The position numbers and the translations under genes were made by a program. 64,000 nucleotides of DNA from Raja brachyura (taxonomy: Eukaryota), in the NCBI GenBank assembly GCA_963514005.1, contig OY740795.1:44082001-44146000 (forward strand), read 5' to 3'. This document shows, piece after piece, positions 41,518 to 55,337 of this stretch (the first letter of the stretch is position 1; every line of letters starts with the position of its first letter). The notes beneath the pieces are model-generated. The model was not told the origin of the DNA. It saw nothing but the letters and a program-made list of their open reading frames with translations, and did not search any database.

Positions 41518-41580
<63 letters not shown>
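41501..41580. repeat. Compound (TA)n(CA)n microsatellite
   Basis: Directly visible: about 13 TA units (one interruption) followed by about 27 CA units. Confidence 0.98.
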
Positions 41581-41582
<2 letters not shown>

Positions 41583-44500
41583 CGGATGCGAATTGTTTGT
41601 CTTCAAACAGAAATTAAAGGGGTAAAAATTGTTACTTGAAACACACTCTGATCAATAGCGAGAACTTGCGGATGAAGTTTGCACTTAAACTTATAAAAAT
41701 AACGTGTGGAGAATGTGCCTTGACTGGCCTTGACTACAAATGGTTGCTGGACAGTGCAATATATGGCCAGAAAATCAATACAATCCTACATTGAAGCTAC
41801 CTGACAAATTAATTACAAACCTGAATTTTGTGTGTCTCTATGCGTGTAAGTGTGTGCATGTGCATGTTTATGTCCGTGTTGAGGAGAGGGGTGTCTTTAG
41901 TGTTTATTTAAAACACACGTTCTTATCAAACGACGTGTCTTCTTTATGTAGTTTGTTGTGTGTAAAGTGGCGTATTACAAACATTTTTCCTATCCATGTG
42001 ATCACATAATCAATTATGGGTTAAAGATCTCGGTATGTCCATTGAATCAATATCCAAATTCCGAGGTACATTTTATATTAACAATATAAGGGGCTGCAAT
42101 AACGGCTGTGAATCTACACGACGATCTGAAGTTAGATGATACAGTTTGAAGATATGCGATCACCGGGAATTCCTGAAGATCCACATGTATTTCTAACTAG
42201 ATTTTTGTTGACTGAAAACTAGCCTTTCAGAGATATTAGCTAGTGCCCAGAAGAGGGGACCCAGGGGACGGAGCCTGCCCTCTGCTTTTTTTGTAACTAA
42301 AGGTAGGAACCCTGGCTGGTGGGAGAGAATCAGGGATAGTCACTTACTCAATAATCAGCTCCTTCTCTTCGTTCGTATTAGCACTGCCATCCTTTATTTG
42401 ACAATTGGCACAGTATGTACGCTAATATTTTAATTAATCGGTGAAAATCGAAGTCCGAATTCTGTTATCTGGGGACACCATAACACTTGAATTTCAATAG
42501 TCCGCTGAGGGTGAGAAAGAGATGTGTTAGAGCAATCTATTTTCTGGTGTTGGGGGTTAATGACTATTGCGACAGATAAGTGAATTATCAAAGCTGTTGC
42601 TATTCCGATTTCAAAATCCATTACATTGCTGGCGTCTAATTAAATACGTAAGTATAATAAAATCATATTTTATGGCGATTGAAAGTAATAAGATTAGTCT
42701 TCAGAAGCAATCATCACATATTAAGATGCCATATAGATCTACAGAATCCTAAGTCTGTATTTTAAAATCAAAACGCGCAGGGAACAATATGCATAATAAA
42801 TAAAAAGAGATTCTGAGCTGTAGGAATCAGTGTTGTATCGATCTTGTACATCTGTATTATTAACACAATTATTACATCTCAACCGAAAATAAAAATAAGT
42901 TGCAGAAAGTAAACCTTTCTTCTATCTTAGTGCGATGTTTGAAACCTGTAAAGCGTTTAAGCGCATTTTCATTCTGCGAGTCACTTGTTTTGTACATGTA
43001 TGCAAAGCTCCGCTATAGTAAACATGCATTAGTAATTAATGAGTGCAGCAATATAAATATAACAGTGGTAATTTTAACACCAACGAGTCGAAGTGAACAC
43101 ATTTTTATCAATCATTTATTTAATTTTAAATATATTTAAAGTGATTTCCTCCAAATCTGATAAACGTGTTTTGCACCAAGTCACTGACAGTGTTCTCATA
43201 CCAGATTACACCCGCCGAGGCGATTTAAATCTGATTACCAAATTATAGGGTTTTAGCCAAATCCTTTTAAAGCTGACTGTAAAACGTAACCTGGAAAGTT
43301 CCGCGAAACCGTCACAGAGCCTCCATCCGTGCTGCAGCCAAAGAGTTTTAAAACGTATTGGACAACAAATGCAGCTGCACCACTATTTTTTTTTGAAGAT
43401 ATTAGGCGAAAATTAATGCAAATCTGTGTTCAGAAGCCATCTGGCCAGAATAGGGGAATCAGCTGTTCCTCACAACAGGGTTTGGGCTGAATATATTTCG
43501 CTCATTTTCTATTCTCATCTGGTGTGGCCGACGACTGCTCCAGACGATAGCGTGGAAAATACAACCTTTATCGCCCAGCCCAAATTTACCATTTTGACAA
43601 ACTGCTTGCAACAACCCAAATTTAATCGAGGGGAAATGTGACGACTCCGTATTGACACAACAATTTACCGCTGCCATTTCTTGTAGGGGAAGGGTCGCAT
43701 AAAAGCGACTCAAACTTCATCTCTTCAATATAAAGTGACTTTGGCGTTCAGACAAATAACTTTCCCGTGTTTTGAGAGCGCTTTAAAATTTTCCAGGTAG
43801 CCTTTGTTCCCAGAGAGGGGAATAGTAACAGCACATTCGCCCGAATAACACCTTAAAGCATCTACAATTACACACGCGCTTTCTTCTTTGCAAACAGCTC
43901 CATCCAAAATGAAGCGAGACTGTCGAACGATCTATTCGGCTGGAAAAAAAAAGTGAACCCGCGGAACACATTTAAATAATTTACTACAATGGAGCAGGAC
44001 AATGAGCCAGACAGTTTTATGGGCTGTTTGTTGTCAAATATTGTTTGAATTATCTGGTTTATATATATTTTTTAAAAAATCATACTGGGCAGTGGGGACA
44101 GTTGTGTGTGGTGAAATACTAGGGGAATCAGTCGGGTTCTTAGTTTGTGGAGTGAGCTAGCTAGCAACCACTGTTGGACAAAGAGAGCCAGAAGCTTGCG
44201 GGATTGAATCGGATTTGCATGGTCCAGTCAAAGACCTCCCGAAGTAACGATCCTCCGTATTATGTGAAGTGTTCCTTTTGTAAATTTACGGTGAGGGGTT
44301 GAATGATACACATAATTTGCATATAAATAGCGACATCAAGCGATTCGCGTGCCACACACCAGTGGTCCCCCAGATGTCAAGGCAAACCCAGTCAGATGGA
44401 CACTGGGAGTTCCATGTCCCCCGCGCCAGCTGTCCCCTCCTCGCCGATCATACCAGTGCACACTGCAAAATCACAATCGCCAAGCGAGCTCACTGCTTTT

Positions 44501-47500
44501 CACCAAATCTCCCGCTTTGCCTTCTTGCTTTAACCCTCAACCCCGTTTTACAAACGTTGTTTTGTGTGGACACTCGACTGCCTTTGTTCACTTATAATGT
44601 AGTGGTTTTAGATGTTATTCCCCCCCCCCTCCCCTCCCCCCCAACCCCTCAATAAAAAAAAAAGTAGACGTCTTCTAAATGATTAAAAACTGAGCTAATT
44701 GTTGGTGTTTACTAGTCCTCCCCTCACTTCCTTTTTTTTAAAAAAAGGAAAAAAAATATTCCTAACTGACTTTTAAAACAAAATACTTAGACCAAGTACA
44801 CCTCCGCTCGCGGGCGCCCAGGGCCATTTAGCGCATACATAACGGCAGTTTTCAAATAAAGGTAATATAATCGTGGTGTGCCTAAAACTTGCTGTGAAGA
44901 TGACACAAAGGGCCACAATACAAACTGGAGTGATACGGCGCGAGGTGAGAACGGGAGGGGAAGTCTTTTACCGCAGCATGTAACATACATTCAATGCGTA
45001 TCACACCAATTGTCTATTGCATACCCCGATCCCAGTTAGACACTTTTAATTGACCGCAATATATTTTCCAACTTACGAGATATAAACAAATAGCTAGCCC
45101 GCATCATTTTTATTCTCTCGAAGATAACCGTACAACAGTCATTCGGGAACCTCTAACGTATCCATAATAAAACCCACATATTAACTGATCGATTAAAAAT
45201 GTTAGGTTCCCTTTATGCAGTTCAGCGTCCACATAGATGTTATGGCAGAACTTACATTTTTAAAAAACAGCACGAATCATAAATGAGTTCTCCTCACTAA
45301 CATATAACCACGCATGATGTTGATTTTATTTTGGCTTTGATCAATTGAAACTACGGTTAGTTAATATTTTGAGCATTTCCCCCACCGAAAGGGCTATTCT
45401 ATGAAGCGCCGTGCAGAGATTTAGCGGAAAGTCTCAATCGCTGTTTTCACGTTACAACCTGTAAGGTGTACATTTGACAAATAGCGCCGCCTCGGGAGGG
45501 CCGGAGATTCGGCTTTGGGATCAATCTGGACTCCATGAAGAGCTCGCCAACATCGCGAACGTGGAAAGGAGCTCGCTGCTCACACTAAGATTTCCTTACC
45601 AACTTTCCCCGAATATCCCTTAGAACTAATGCACCTTTACGCGCCCACCGGACGCATCTCTCTCCCGTTCTCAGGTGCCCGCTTCTGAATGCCTGCAACT
45701 TTAAAGCTTTTATTTAAAAAAAAATTCCGCCGCGCATTAATTAATATCCAGATCGGCAACTTTTGTTTTTGTGAGAACAGAAATGCACGAATCGACTGCA
45801 TCTCTCAAAGTAGTTCTCTGAACGCGCTGCAGAGTTTCATCATTGATATCGTTACGGCATGGGTAGCAATTCATAAATGACAATGATGTAGTAACGCGCG
45901 AGAGGTCGATTTGTCCACTCTATGCAACTTTTTGGTGAGATAGAGATAGACTGACCACTTTAGAAAAGTGGCCAGTCTAAGAAGAGTGGGGCAAATGTCA
46001 AAGCGGATGGCAGCGGGGAGAGAAATACCAGATTGTGCCCGACAGTCAGAACAAAATCGTGCAAAAGTCCTTCTTGCATGTAAACGGGGCACCTTCTCAC
46101 AACTGAGAGCGCTGCTGCTACAGCTACTTCCGAGGTTTCACCTGGACGCATTTTGGCGTACCCCTGAGTGACAAGAAACTTCAACAATTATACATATCGG
46201 GAAATAATGGATAATATCTCAAACTTGATCAGTGAAATGCGCAAATTTCAGAGCCATCCCGACAATTCGGGGGCATCAGACGTTGCGCATCTGGGTGAAT
46301 GGGGATCAATGAAACGTCCGGTCCAGAGAAAAATTGGTTCACTAAAATCTCGCAAGGTTCAACAATAAATCAGCCCAAAGTACCAACTTTAATTTGTCCT
46401 CCACCTCAGGAAGTTCGCTGCATTGTGCAAATTGAAGCTTCGCGGTCTCGGGCAAAGCAGAGGTGGAATTTGGATGGAGAAGGATCGATTGCGTTATTTT
46501 AAATATTGTAATGCCCTTTAATAAAACACACTTCGTTTTAATTAATTCTGATATAATTTTGTAAGTGCCCGGACGTTGATGTCATATTTAATATGTTCAA
46601 TCCAGATGTGATACCTAGGGTGAGATAGTCAGTGATGAAGTGTAGCTTCAGTCCAACTCATTGAGGAGAACTGTATAACACACTGCTGTGGGACTTGACT
46701 TTTGCATTCCAATTGCAAGAACAAGAATTCAGATGTGACTATTTTGAAATAGCCGAAACGTAATATATATTTCAAAACTCTATCTTTTAAAATCGGGTAC
46801 CGGAGACAATGATCTATATACACTCGTAACCAATAGCGAAACTTTCAATCTGCTGCGCTTGACGGTATTGTATTTAAAATTAAAATGCTCGCAGATAAAA
46901 TCCAAAACCCTCATTTTAACAGACTGCGTATTCTAATCGCGTGTCTCCTGTAGTATAGGCGCTGCATAGGAAAATAATTTCCATTAAAATTTGGTATATT
47001 CTCATACTAATAGAACTATTGATTGGAAAGCTGTTGCCAATTTACTTTTCGTAATGCCACGCCGCAATTTGCATTTATTCAACAGATCGTAATGAAGAAA
47101 GAAAGCTGGGCGGTTTGGCTGCCGAAAGCGTAGCTGGGGGGCAATGCAAGAACATAGATTGCTTCCAGTCAATTAATATGCAGTTTGTCCCAATAAAGCA
47201 AGGAGTGGAAATAAAATAAGACACTGCGGGCTTCCTCACTATTAAGATTAGTCAACGAGATTTCCAAATTTGTTGTTAGGGATGAGATGCTCCTTTAACT
47301 GACAGTAATTTGTTAAACTACCAGAGATGCGCCCGCACACTTGAAACTGCCAGTAAGGTATTACCCTTGAACTAGATCTAAATTATTCAGCAGGTTAATT
47401 TACTTGAAGAAAACATGGGACAAAGTTAAATACAGTATTACATCCTGGAATGTGTTTGCTTGCACATAATTTGGGAGGAATGAATACTATGAGTTAGAAC

Positions 47501-48604
47501 AAAGTTTGATTCTAATACATTGGCTTAGTGAAATTAATTTGAAGAGGGTAACAATATTTGCTGTAGGAAATTGCACGATAGGTCCATGAATGGCAAACAT
47601 GTTTAATCTGCATTTTAACAGCTAATTTTTGCTTTTGACGGGGGCACGTTTTCTCCCTACATTCAGAGTTAGCGTTTTAACGCAGATGGCATCAATGAAT
47701 AACACGAGATCGGCTAACTTCTTGCAATCACAGATATTAGCAACGCTTTTGGATAGCGATCAAAAATCGCAACTCTCGTACCATGGTGACAGTGCGCCAC
47801 CTAAAGGAACCTTTGCATATAAGCAGGATAACAACTTAAAGAGTTTAAAACTTAAACAAGACCCGTCATTTTTTGAAATCTCACATTTAAAACAAAACGC
47901 TCTGATAATCTTTTAAGGATATCTTTTCCTAAAATGCAATGGGTAGTCAATAGTTCATTTGCGTTCGTCAATTTTGTTTCATGAAGAATACTGAAGAAAG
48001 CGCATCCCCAAAGAACGTGGTACCTTCCGCAATATAATCAAATGGATGAAGAGTGGCCACTTTCTGATTATTGATTATGGCAAGAGAGAAGACTGCAAAG
48101 TTAATGACTTAACCCCAGAAATGACTGGTGGGCTGAAGTGACTGGTCGCTCAGATGGCTTTTGCTCGAGTTTTTTGAGTTGCTATTTTTTTATATTTTAA
48201 CATCAATCTGGATTTGAGCTCGATGAACTCAACTTCACCTACTGAACATTAAATGCACTATCAAGGAAATTAGCACCTTGAATAAATCAACAATATTCCT
48301 GACAGATCGATCAATTTGTGGTTGTTTACTTTTTAGAATTGATTCGTGGCTATTATAATAATACTTTAAACACTCTACCTTTTACGCTGCAGGACATGAT
48401 GGAGGATATAGTTTCAACCTTAAAACCGAATGAGGAATTGCCATCAGTGACAGATTGTACATTCACATAAAATTGATTTGTTTAAAACTTTTAACGTTGT
48501 TGATGTCGTTTATCACACCATGCAAATAACGAAGGGATGTTTGGGATGCCTTTAATCTGCATAATGAATGTAATCCGAATACTTACGTAACAAATTGTTA
48601 CTAA

Positions 48605-49137
48605 ATAGAACACATAGAAACATAGAACATAGAACATTTCGCCCTTCGTGCCAGCACCGCCATTCATTGCGATCATGGCTGATCATCCACAATCAGTAAC
48701 CCGTGCTTGCCTTCTCCCCATATCCCTTGATTCCGCTAGCCCCTAGAGCTCTATCTAACTCTCTTTTAAATTCATCCAGTGAATTGGCCCCCACTGCCTT
48801 CTGTGGCAGAGAATTCCACAAATTCACAACTCTCTGGGTGAAAAAAGTTTTTTTTTCTCATCTCAGTTTTAAATGGCCTCCCCTTTATTCTTAGACTGTG
48901 GCCACTGGTTTTGGACTCCCCCAACATTGGGAACATTTTTTCCTGCATCTAGCTTGTCCGGTCCTTTTATAATTTTATATGTTTCTATAAGATACCCTCT
49001 CATCCTTCCGAATTCCAGTGAATACAAGCCCAGTCTTTCCAATCTTTCCTCATTTGACAGTCCCGTCAACCCGGGGATTAACCTCGTGAACCGACGTCCA
49101 CTCCCTTGATAGCAAGGATGTCCTTCCTCAAATTAGG
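48605..49137 (-). mobile_element. CR1 (HER1-like) LINE 3' fragment
   Basis: ORF 48869..49069 (GLSNEERLERLGLYSLEFGRMRGYLIETYKII), 3' UTR and ATAGAA(A)C tail repeats. Confidence 0.9.
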
Positions 49138-52100
49138 AATGAAAATTAAGAATTTAGAAACACAAGAATGAAAAATTCGAAAAAGTTGCAACATGTAATT
49201 TATTGTATATTAATATTATCCGTTATAAATACATAACACATATTTGTAATAAATATCCATGAAATGCAAACATGCATCAATGTATAATAATCAGTAAATT
49301 CATTATTTAATGGACGTGTGCAAACAAATTATTTTGGAGAAACATTGAAAACGCCTTATGAGCTGCTGGTAACGTTTTTACGAACTAAATGTGAATTATA
49401 CCAAATAACACCGAAAGGGATGTTTAAACGCAAAATAAAGAGAGCGCATCTGACTATAACCTATAACTGAGACTGTTATGGCATGTCAAGGTAGTGTGAA
49501 ATCTAGAACATCGCTTACCTTTCATGGATAATTAGACACTAGACAGATTTTCCTTTAAAGCCAAAGTCGGAACTATTTACCCGTCATGTTGTGTTTATTT
49601 ATGTTCTGTGAAAGCGTGATCCTGGACTAGTTTACTTACTTACAAGGAAAATCTTTGCAATTTCTGCCTACATCTCAAATTGGGGTCGCCTGGCCAGTGC
49701 AAACCCCGCACAGACGCAAGCGCAGTCTAACTGGTACCGGGGAGGCGGGATGTAGCTTGTGCTTCGTGGCTTTGTCTTTGACAGTGTTAAAGTAATCGGG
49801 GAAAGGGATGAGCGACTACGAGCAAAGAACTTCAGACAAGCAGGGGGTTCAATTGAGTCTTGAGCCGCGGGTGCACTTTCTCCAGCAAGGGCAGAGGTCC
49901 ATATTTTTTTTAAAAGGACAGCGTTCCCCCCTCCACTACCCCTCAGGATAAATGCAAATGTTATGACAACTTCTCAAGTGTTGAAGGTTAAACATTTAAG
50001 TGTTTTAAAAGTGTCAGAATCTGAGCGAACGCTGACTGAAGCTGTGCGCGACTTCCTGAAGTAACTGTCTTTGCCCAACAGTGTTCAATTCCCTTGCTCA
50101 GTGAACTATTGGAAAGCGGGTCACGGTGTGAAAGGGCACGTACCAGGTGACCCTGGAGTTCAGTTCAAATGTGGCAGTCGTTCCACAGGGGACAGCAACA
50201 AGCAACCTTACAAAACTTCCCAGCACTCACACACATGTCTGTCATTCAAGTGAATGCGAACAGGGTGTGGAGCAAGCCTTGCCACAGAGTTAAAGGCATG
50301 AAGCAGGAACAATTCAAAAGGTCCATAATGTGACCACACATCATTTGCATTTACCTTTCACTCTTTGGAGTAATTTACGCTGGTGACCCCCTCCATCCTC
50401 TGCACATCATAATTGTCATCCAATTGTATCAAAATAGTTGAACCTTTAGGACGAACCTAAACAAAAAAAACTATAAATTGCTTTTAAAACTACAAGAAAT
50501 AATTTTGAGAATACAAGTTATGGTCAGGCATTTAAAGGTCGGCTACCTGTAAACTCTGTTTCTGTTTGTTTCAGTGAATTAAATTAAATAAAAATGTCAA
50601 TGTTCAGAATGTGCAAAAAAAAGGATAAAAATAAGGCTTTGCACAAAATTAAACAGCCTTGGCATCAGCATTATGGGGTGTGCATGTATTTAACAATATA
50701 ATTACATGAAAAGGGTTACTTTTGAGTGAGCTGGCAGCTAATTAAGGTGTTCCGATTATGTCGAAAACCATTAAGGGGAAAGTTCAAGTAGACCATAAAC
50801 ATGGTCTGAACTTTGAGATACGGCAATACTATTTAACTCACACTTTGGTACCTATTATGTTTCCAGATCATTATGCCACTTATAGCTAATTAGGAAGCTG
50901 ATTTTATGATGTCAGAAGACATTCAACAGTCTGAGAGGCATGGGACATTCATTCACCAGCAGTCTGTGTTCCGTTTCCATGGGAACGTAAAACCTTAAAT
51001 CCAATGTTGGAATTCAGCAATCAAGTATTTTTTAAACAGCAATGTTTTTGCTCCCCAGAGGTCACACAATATAGTCATTAAATTAATGGTAATCAGAAAT
51101 AGTGTCTGCAATATATTTTCCTTAAATGATTTCTAAAACAAATGCATTTTGCAATATTTATTAAATGATTATTTTTTAAAGTAAGTTGAGTATCTTCTCT
51201 CCAGTCCTTGTGTTAATCTATTTGGTTGAAATGTCAGAATTCCAGAGTACAGGTAAAATGCAAAGCAAGGAACTTACAATTCAGTTTAAGATGTTCTTAT
51301 TTAATATTAATGTTAAAATATATGTTACATGGCACTTACCACAATTAAAAAATGTACTTTTTAAACTTGTTGCTTGTTTGGAGCGCATCAGCACTGTGGT
51401 GAATGATGCCTGGAGAATTATGTTAAATTCTGCAAGTAGTTGTATGTGTGACTGTAACTTGCGAATGTCACAAGTGTTTTGAAAGTGGAGTATTGTAAAG
51501 GAATACAATTGCTTCATGCGAGCATTAATGCATGGCGATAATGCCCTTTTGCCCTGATTATTCACCTTGACTAAATCAAAGCTCTCAGCAACATTGATAC
51601 AATATTCTGGAATATTTATTTTTACCATAATGCGTAAAAAGTAATAGTCTTCCACAACATAGCCTTACAAATAAATATAAGCATACATTTAAAGAAAAGT
51701 ATTGAATGCTTTGCCATTAATGCTCTATTGTTAACTAATAATGTAACCCACCGCATTGTCCATTTAAATGCCATTAAAATAATGGTGTTTGATATTCTTT
51801 CAGTCAAGTAAATTAATTCAACTTTCATTATTAGCTTTGAAAATAATAGTTTTTTTTGCAAACGATTGGAACACATTTCCCTTTAGCACGTATAATACTA
51901 ATTTTAATAAATGTTGAAATTAGAATTAGTATCAGAATATATAAACATCCATACGGCATTTTATATTGCATTTAATAGGCTAATTTCATCTTATTGTTCT
52001 GATTTTGGTGCACTATTGTTTTTATTGTCACTTTTAATGCAGTTATTATTAAATGCAAGCTAAATACAGCAATAAAGCTGAATCCAGAGTCTGTTTGGGT

Positions 52101-52514
52101 ATAACAGATATTTTGTACTTTGTTACCATAGTCTCAATTGACAGTGGGAAATAAGCAAATGTAGGGTGATTACACCAATAATCATTCATTAGTCGTGATT
52201 CACAATTTGCTACTCTGGATCAAAACTTTATACTTTCTAAAAAAATTGACCAAAAAAATCTAATTTTTTGTCATTTATTAAATCATTTCTGGAGGAGGGA
52301 GAACGTCAGAATACTTAGGATCCTTCACATTACATCTGCAGTAATATCTCTTGAATAGCCTGGGAACTATAGTTGGTGAGCAGAATTCATAGGTGCTGTT
52401 GGAACTAGTAGAGAATTATTCATATAGTTTCCTATGCCAGTGCAATGAGCGATACTTACTAGCTGCTAAATTCTCAGTGTTTCGCAACGACGGACAAGGC
52501 ATTCATCTTTTTAA

Positions 52515-52905
52515 AATGGATGGACCAAATACTTTTTCGCTTAGGCAGCTTACCACTTGGGCAGTGGTATGAATATTGATTTCTCTCACTTCAGGTAGCT
52601 CTGGCATTCCCTCTCTCTCTACCCCTACCACACCCAAGCCGCACTAGTCTCGAATTTTCATCCAACAAACAGCTTACAATGGCCTGTTTGCTTTATCATC
52701 GTTACTTTTTTGCATATCTTTCATTCGTTGTTCTTTATCTCTCCACATCGTCTATATCTCTCGTTTTCCTTATCCCTAGCCAGTCTGAAGAAAGGTATTG
52801 ACCAGAAACATCACCCTTTCCTTCTCTCCAGAGTTGATGCCTGTTACTCCAGCTTTTTGTGTCTATCTTTGGTTTAAACCAGCATCGACAGTTCCTTCTT
52901 ACACA
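52515..52905 (+). mobile_element. Penelope-like element 3' fragment (ORF C-terminus, 3' UTR, pLTR with degenerate hammerhead, tail)
   Basis: 52533-52598 reads, with a frameshift, FRLGSL..SGMNIDFSHFR*, resembling the C-terminus of a PLE GIY-YIG endonuclease; pyrimidine-rich UTR; CTGAAGAA...GAAACATC unit from about 52785. Confidence 0.7.
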
Positions 52906-54282
52906 CTTTTAGAATCCATGTGCATTTGTGCAATACAACCGATATAATTTTACGTTTTTAATTTTTCATTTCACCTCTGGCTATGGTCTGCCTTTTTAAA
53001 GATATATTTGTCTTTAGTTTCATACCATATTTTAATCAGCAATTTTTAGTTTATTAAATAAACAAAATCTGTAGATTTAATCTGTGTCTGTTACAATTTT
53101 CACGGTAATATGTTTTTCCTATCTCAAAGATCTGTTTCACTTTATATTTATTGTCACAAGGTGCTATGAAGTAATCATTAAAGCAGAATCACCAGTGTGT
53201 AGATATTGGGCTTAGACATATTCAAACGTAAGCCTTGAGCTTCCTTTTGCTACAAAAAGAGCCTTGAGAAACAGATGCAGCTTCAATGCAAATAGGTTCT
53301 GGGGTTCGGATGGTTTGATGGGGAAAGGGAGATGCTTGGATAGAGGCAGTAGTGTATGGTGAAGCTAATAAGAGAGGGGTCAGCCTGACCCATCAACAGC
53401 CCATGCTGTTATCAAGGGATGCCAATGTACACCAAGAATATGGCAAGAGTGGCAACTAGTTGGTGATCAAATTTATTGAATTGGGATTTTGACTACCATA
53501 TTTAACACACCAAACCCTTGACTTTTGGCAGGTGCGATGGTCTCCTGAAAGCTTTGAATGTACCAACAGTAGCGCTTCTGAGATCACATACCCTGGACCA
53601 TGCCTTGACTGCCTGCACCTCATATTTAATTTTACCTGATGTACAAGCAGATGCCTTAATCTCCCTTCCGAAGTAGGTTTACTATCTATAAAAACACAAT
53701 AACTGTTGTCTGACCTGTGGTGTATTTTCAGCTTCTTTTTGCTTAAATTTCAAATTTCCAGCTTCTGTGTTTTATTTTTCCAAAGTGGAAACAGCATAAC
53801 CATCAAATAAAACAGAATATTAGTTTTGTGTGTTAAACCAAGAACACTTGTGTCATCCATTAAATTACCGACTATCATTTTTCTAAAGAAATAGTAATTA
53901 ATTTCAGATGTTTTGGGCTTGGCATTACACCACAATATATAACTCGTGCTGGTTTTTGATCAGGCTGGGATTAACATGTTAAGAATAGAAAAGCCACCTG
54001 TGGCAGGAAAGCACTTTATCAAGGGTGGTGTTAAAACCACTTTGTCTTAATAATGCCAAGTGCAAGTGACATTTCTACTAAGCAATACCACGCTTTATTT
54101 CAGGATCGTTTAGCACATGTACAAAGACAAAGGAGAATTGAATTACTGAATTATTTTACTTTAAAAAAAAATCTACTTAAAGATAGTGAAACAGATATAA
54201 TAATATTTGACACACATGAACTTTCTTCTTATTGTAATGGAAAATTCCAAATAGTTCTCCCTTTTATCCGAATTTTAATTTT

Positions 54283-54760
54283 TGTCCAGCCCATCACACA
54301 AACCAACCATTCCTCCCAATGACTCCACCTACACTCCACACTGCCTCGGGAAAGCAGCCAAAATAAGGAAGGGCCGTTTACGCCCCAGTCATTCCTTCTT
54401 CTTCTTCCTGTCGAGCAAAAGATACAAAAGCTTGAAAGCACATACTAACAGATTCAGGAGCAGCTTCTTCCATTCAGTCATCAGACTACTGAATAGTTCT
54501 CTCATCAGCTAAGGATGTTGTCCCAATCCTCCAAGCAACTTCAATGCAGCCTTTTCACCTTTTTTAAAATCTGCACTTTTCTGTAACTTTAATGCTATAA
54601 CTTTGAACAATATGATTTGTACTCTGGTATTTTTCTCTTTGCACTATCTGATGTGATTATGTATGGCGTGGTTGTACTCATGCATGTAATAATTTGACTG
54701 GCTAGCGCACAAATAAAGGGTTTTTTCTGTATCTCAGTTCATGTGACAAAATAAACCAAT
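54283..54760 (+). mobile_element. Rex1/Babar-type LINE 3' fragment
   Basis: ORF 54282..54512 (YTPHCLGKAA...HSFF...KRYKSLKAHTNRFRSSFF.SVIRLLN), a typical Rex1/Babar ORF end, plus 3' UTR. Confidence 0.75.
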
Positions 54761-55194
54761 AGCAATTATTTATCAGAATTGTCATTGAATAACAATAATT
54801 GTAATTTCAAAACATTATGGATTCCTTCTATCCACGCCACGCCCACTTCTCATTGTAAAAATTGGGCCTCAAGTCCCACATCACGGTGTGGGCAGTGAAG
54901 CAGCGGTAGAGTTGCTAACTTACAGCTCTTGCAGCGCCAGAGACCAGGCTTCGATCCTGACTATGGGTGCTGTCTGTACGGAGTTTATACGTTCCCCTGT
55001 TGACCGCGTGGGTTTTCTCAGAGATCTTTGGTTTCCTCCCACACTCCAAAGACGTTCACGTTTGTAGGTTAATTGGCTTGGTATTATTGTAAATTGTATC
55101 TAGTGTGTGTAGGGTAGTGTTAATGAGCAGGGATTGCTGGTTGGTGCAGACTCGGTGGGCCGAAGGGCCTGTTTCCGTGCTGCATCTCTAAACT

Positions 55195-55337
55195 TCTTCT
55201 TCTTCTTCTTTTGTGTGGCGTGCACAGCCTAATGTTGTAGGACAACTTGTTCTATTTGATCTTCTGTTTGTGCACGTCGAGTTAATTGCATTAGACGAAA
55301 CAGGGCAGACCACGTGAAGGTTGCAATCTTCCACCCC
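55195..55337 (-). mobile_element. Short non-autonomous retroposon (Ingi/Vingi-like) with (GAA)n tail, nested in the tail of a V-SINE
   Basis: TSD TCTAAACT at 55187-55194 and 55338-55345; minus-strand 3' end ...GCACGCCACACAAAA(GAA)n; 5' end folds as an HDV-like ribozyme. The Vingi assignment rests on remembered tail and TSD style. Confidence 0.75.
55284..55337 (-). ncRNA. Minimal HDV-like (CPEB3-type) self-cleaving ribozyme
   Basis: GGGGUGG-AAG-AUUGCA-ACC-UUCACGU-GGU-CUGCCCU-GUUUCGU-CUAA-UGCAAU: 7-bp P1 with G1.U wobble, 6-7-bp P2, P3 ACC/GGU, L3 UUCACGU as in CPEB3, J4/2 CUAA carrying the catalytic-C equivalent (55294); P4 essentially absent. Confidence 0.75.

Noticed and set aside
41238-41606. 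122-aa ORF with CVCVCV/YIYI repeats
   Set aside because: It is simply the translation of the (TA)n(CA)n microsatellite.
45900-46500. Divergent protein-coding gene upstream of EBF3
   Set aside because: Overlapping short ORFs without homology or a consistent exon chain; a divergent lncRNA cannot be judged from sequence alone.
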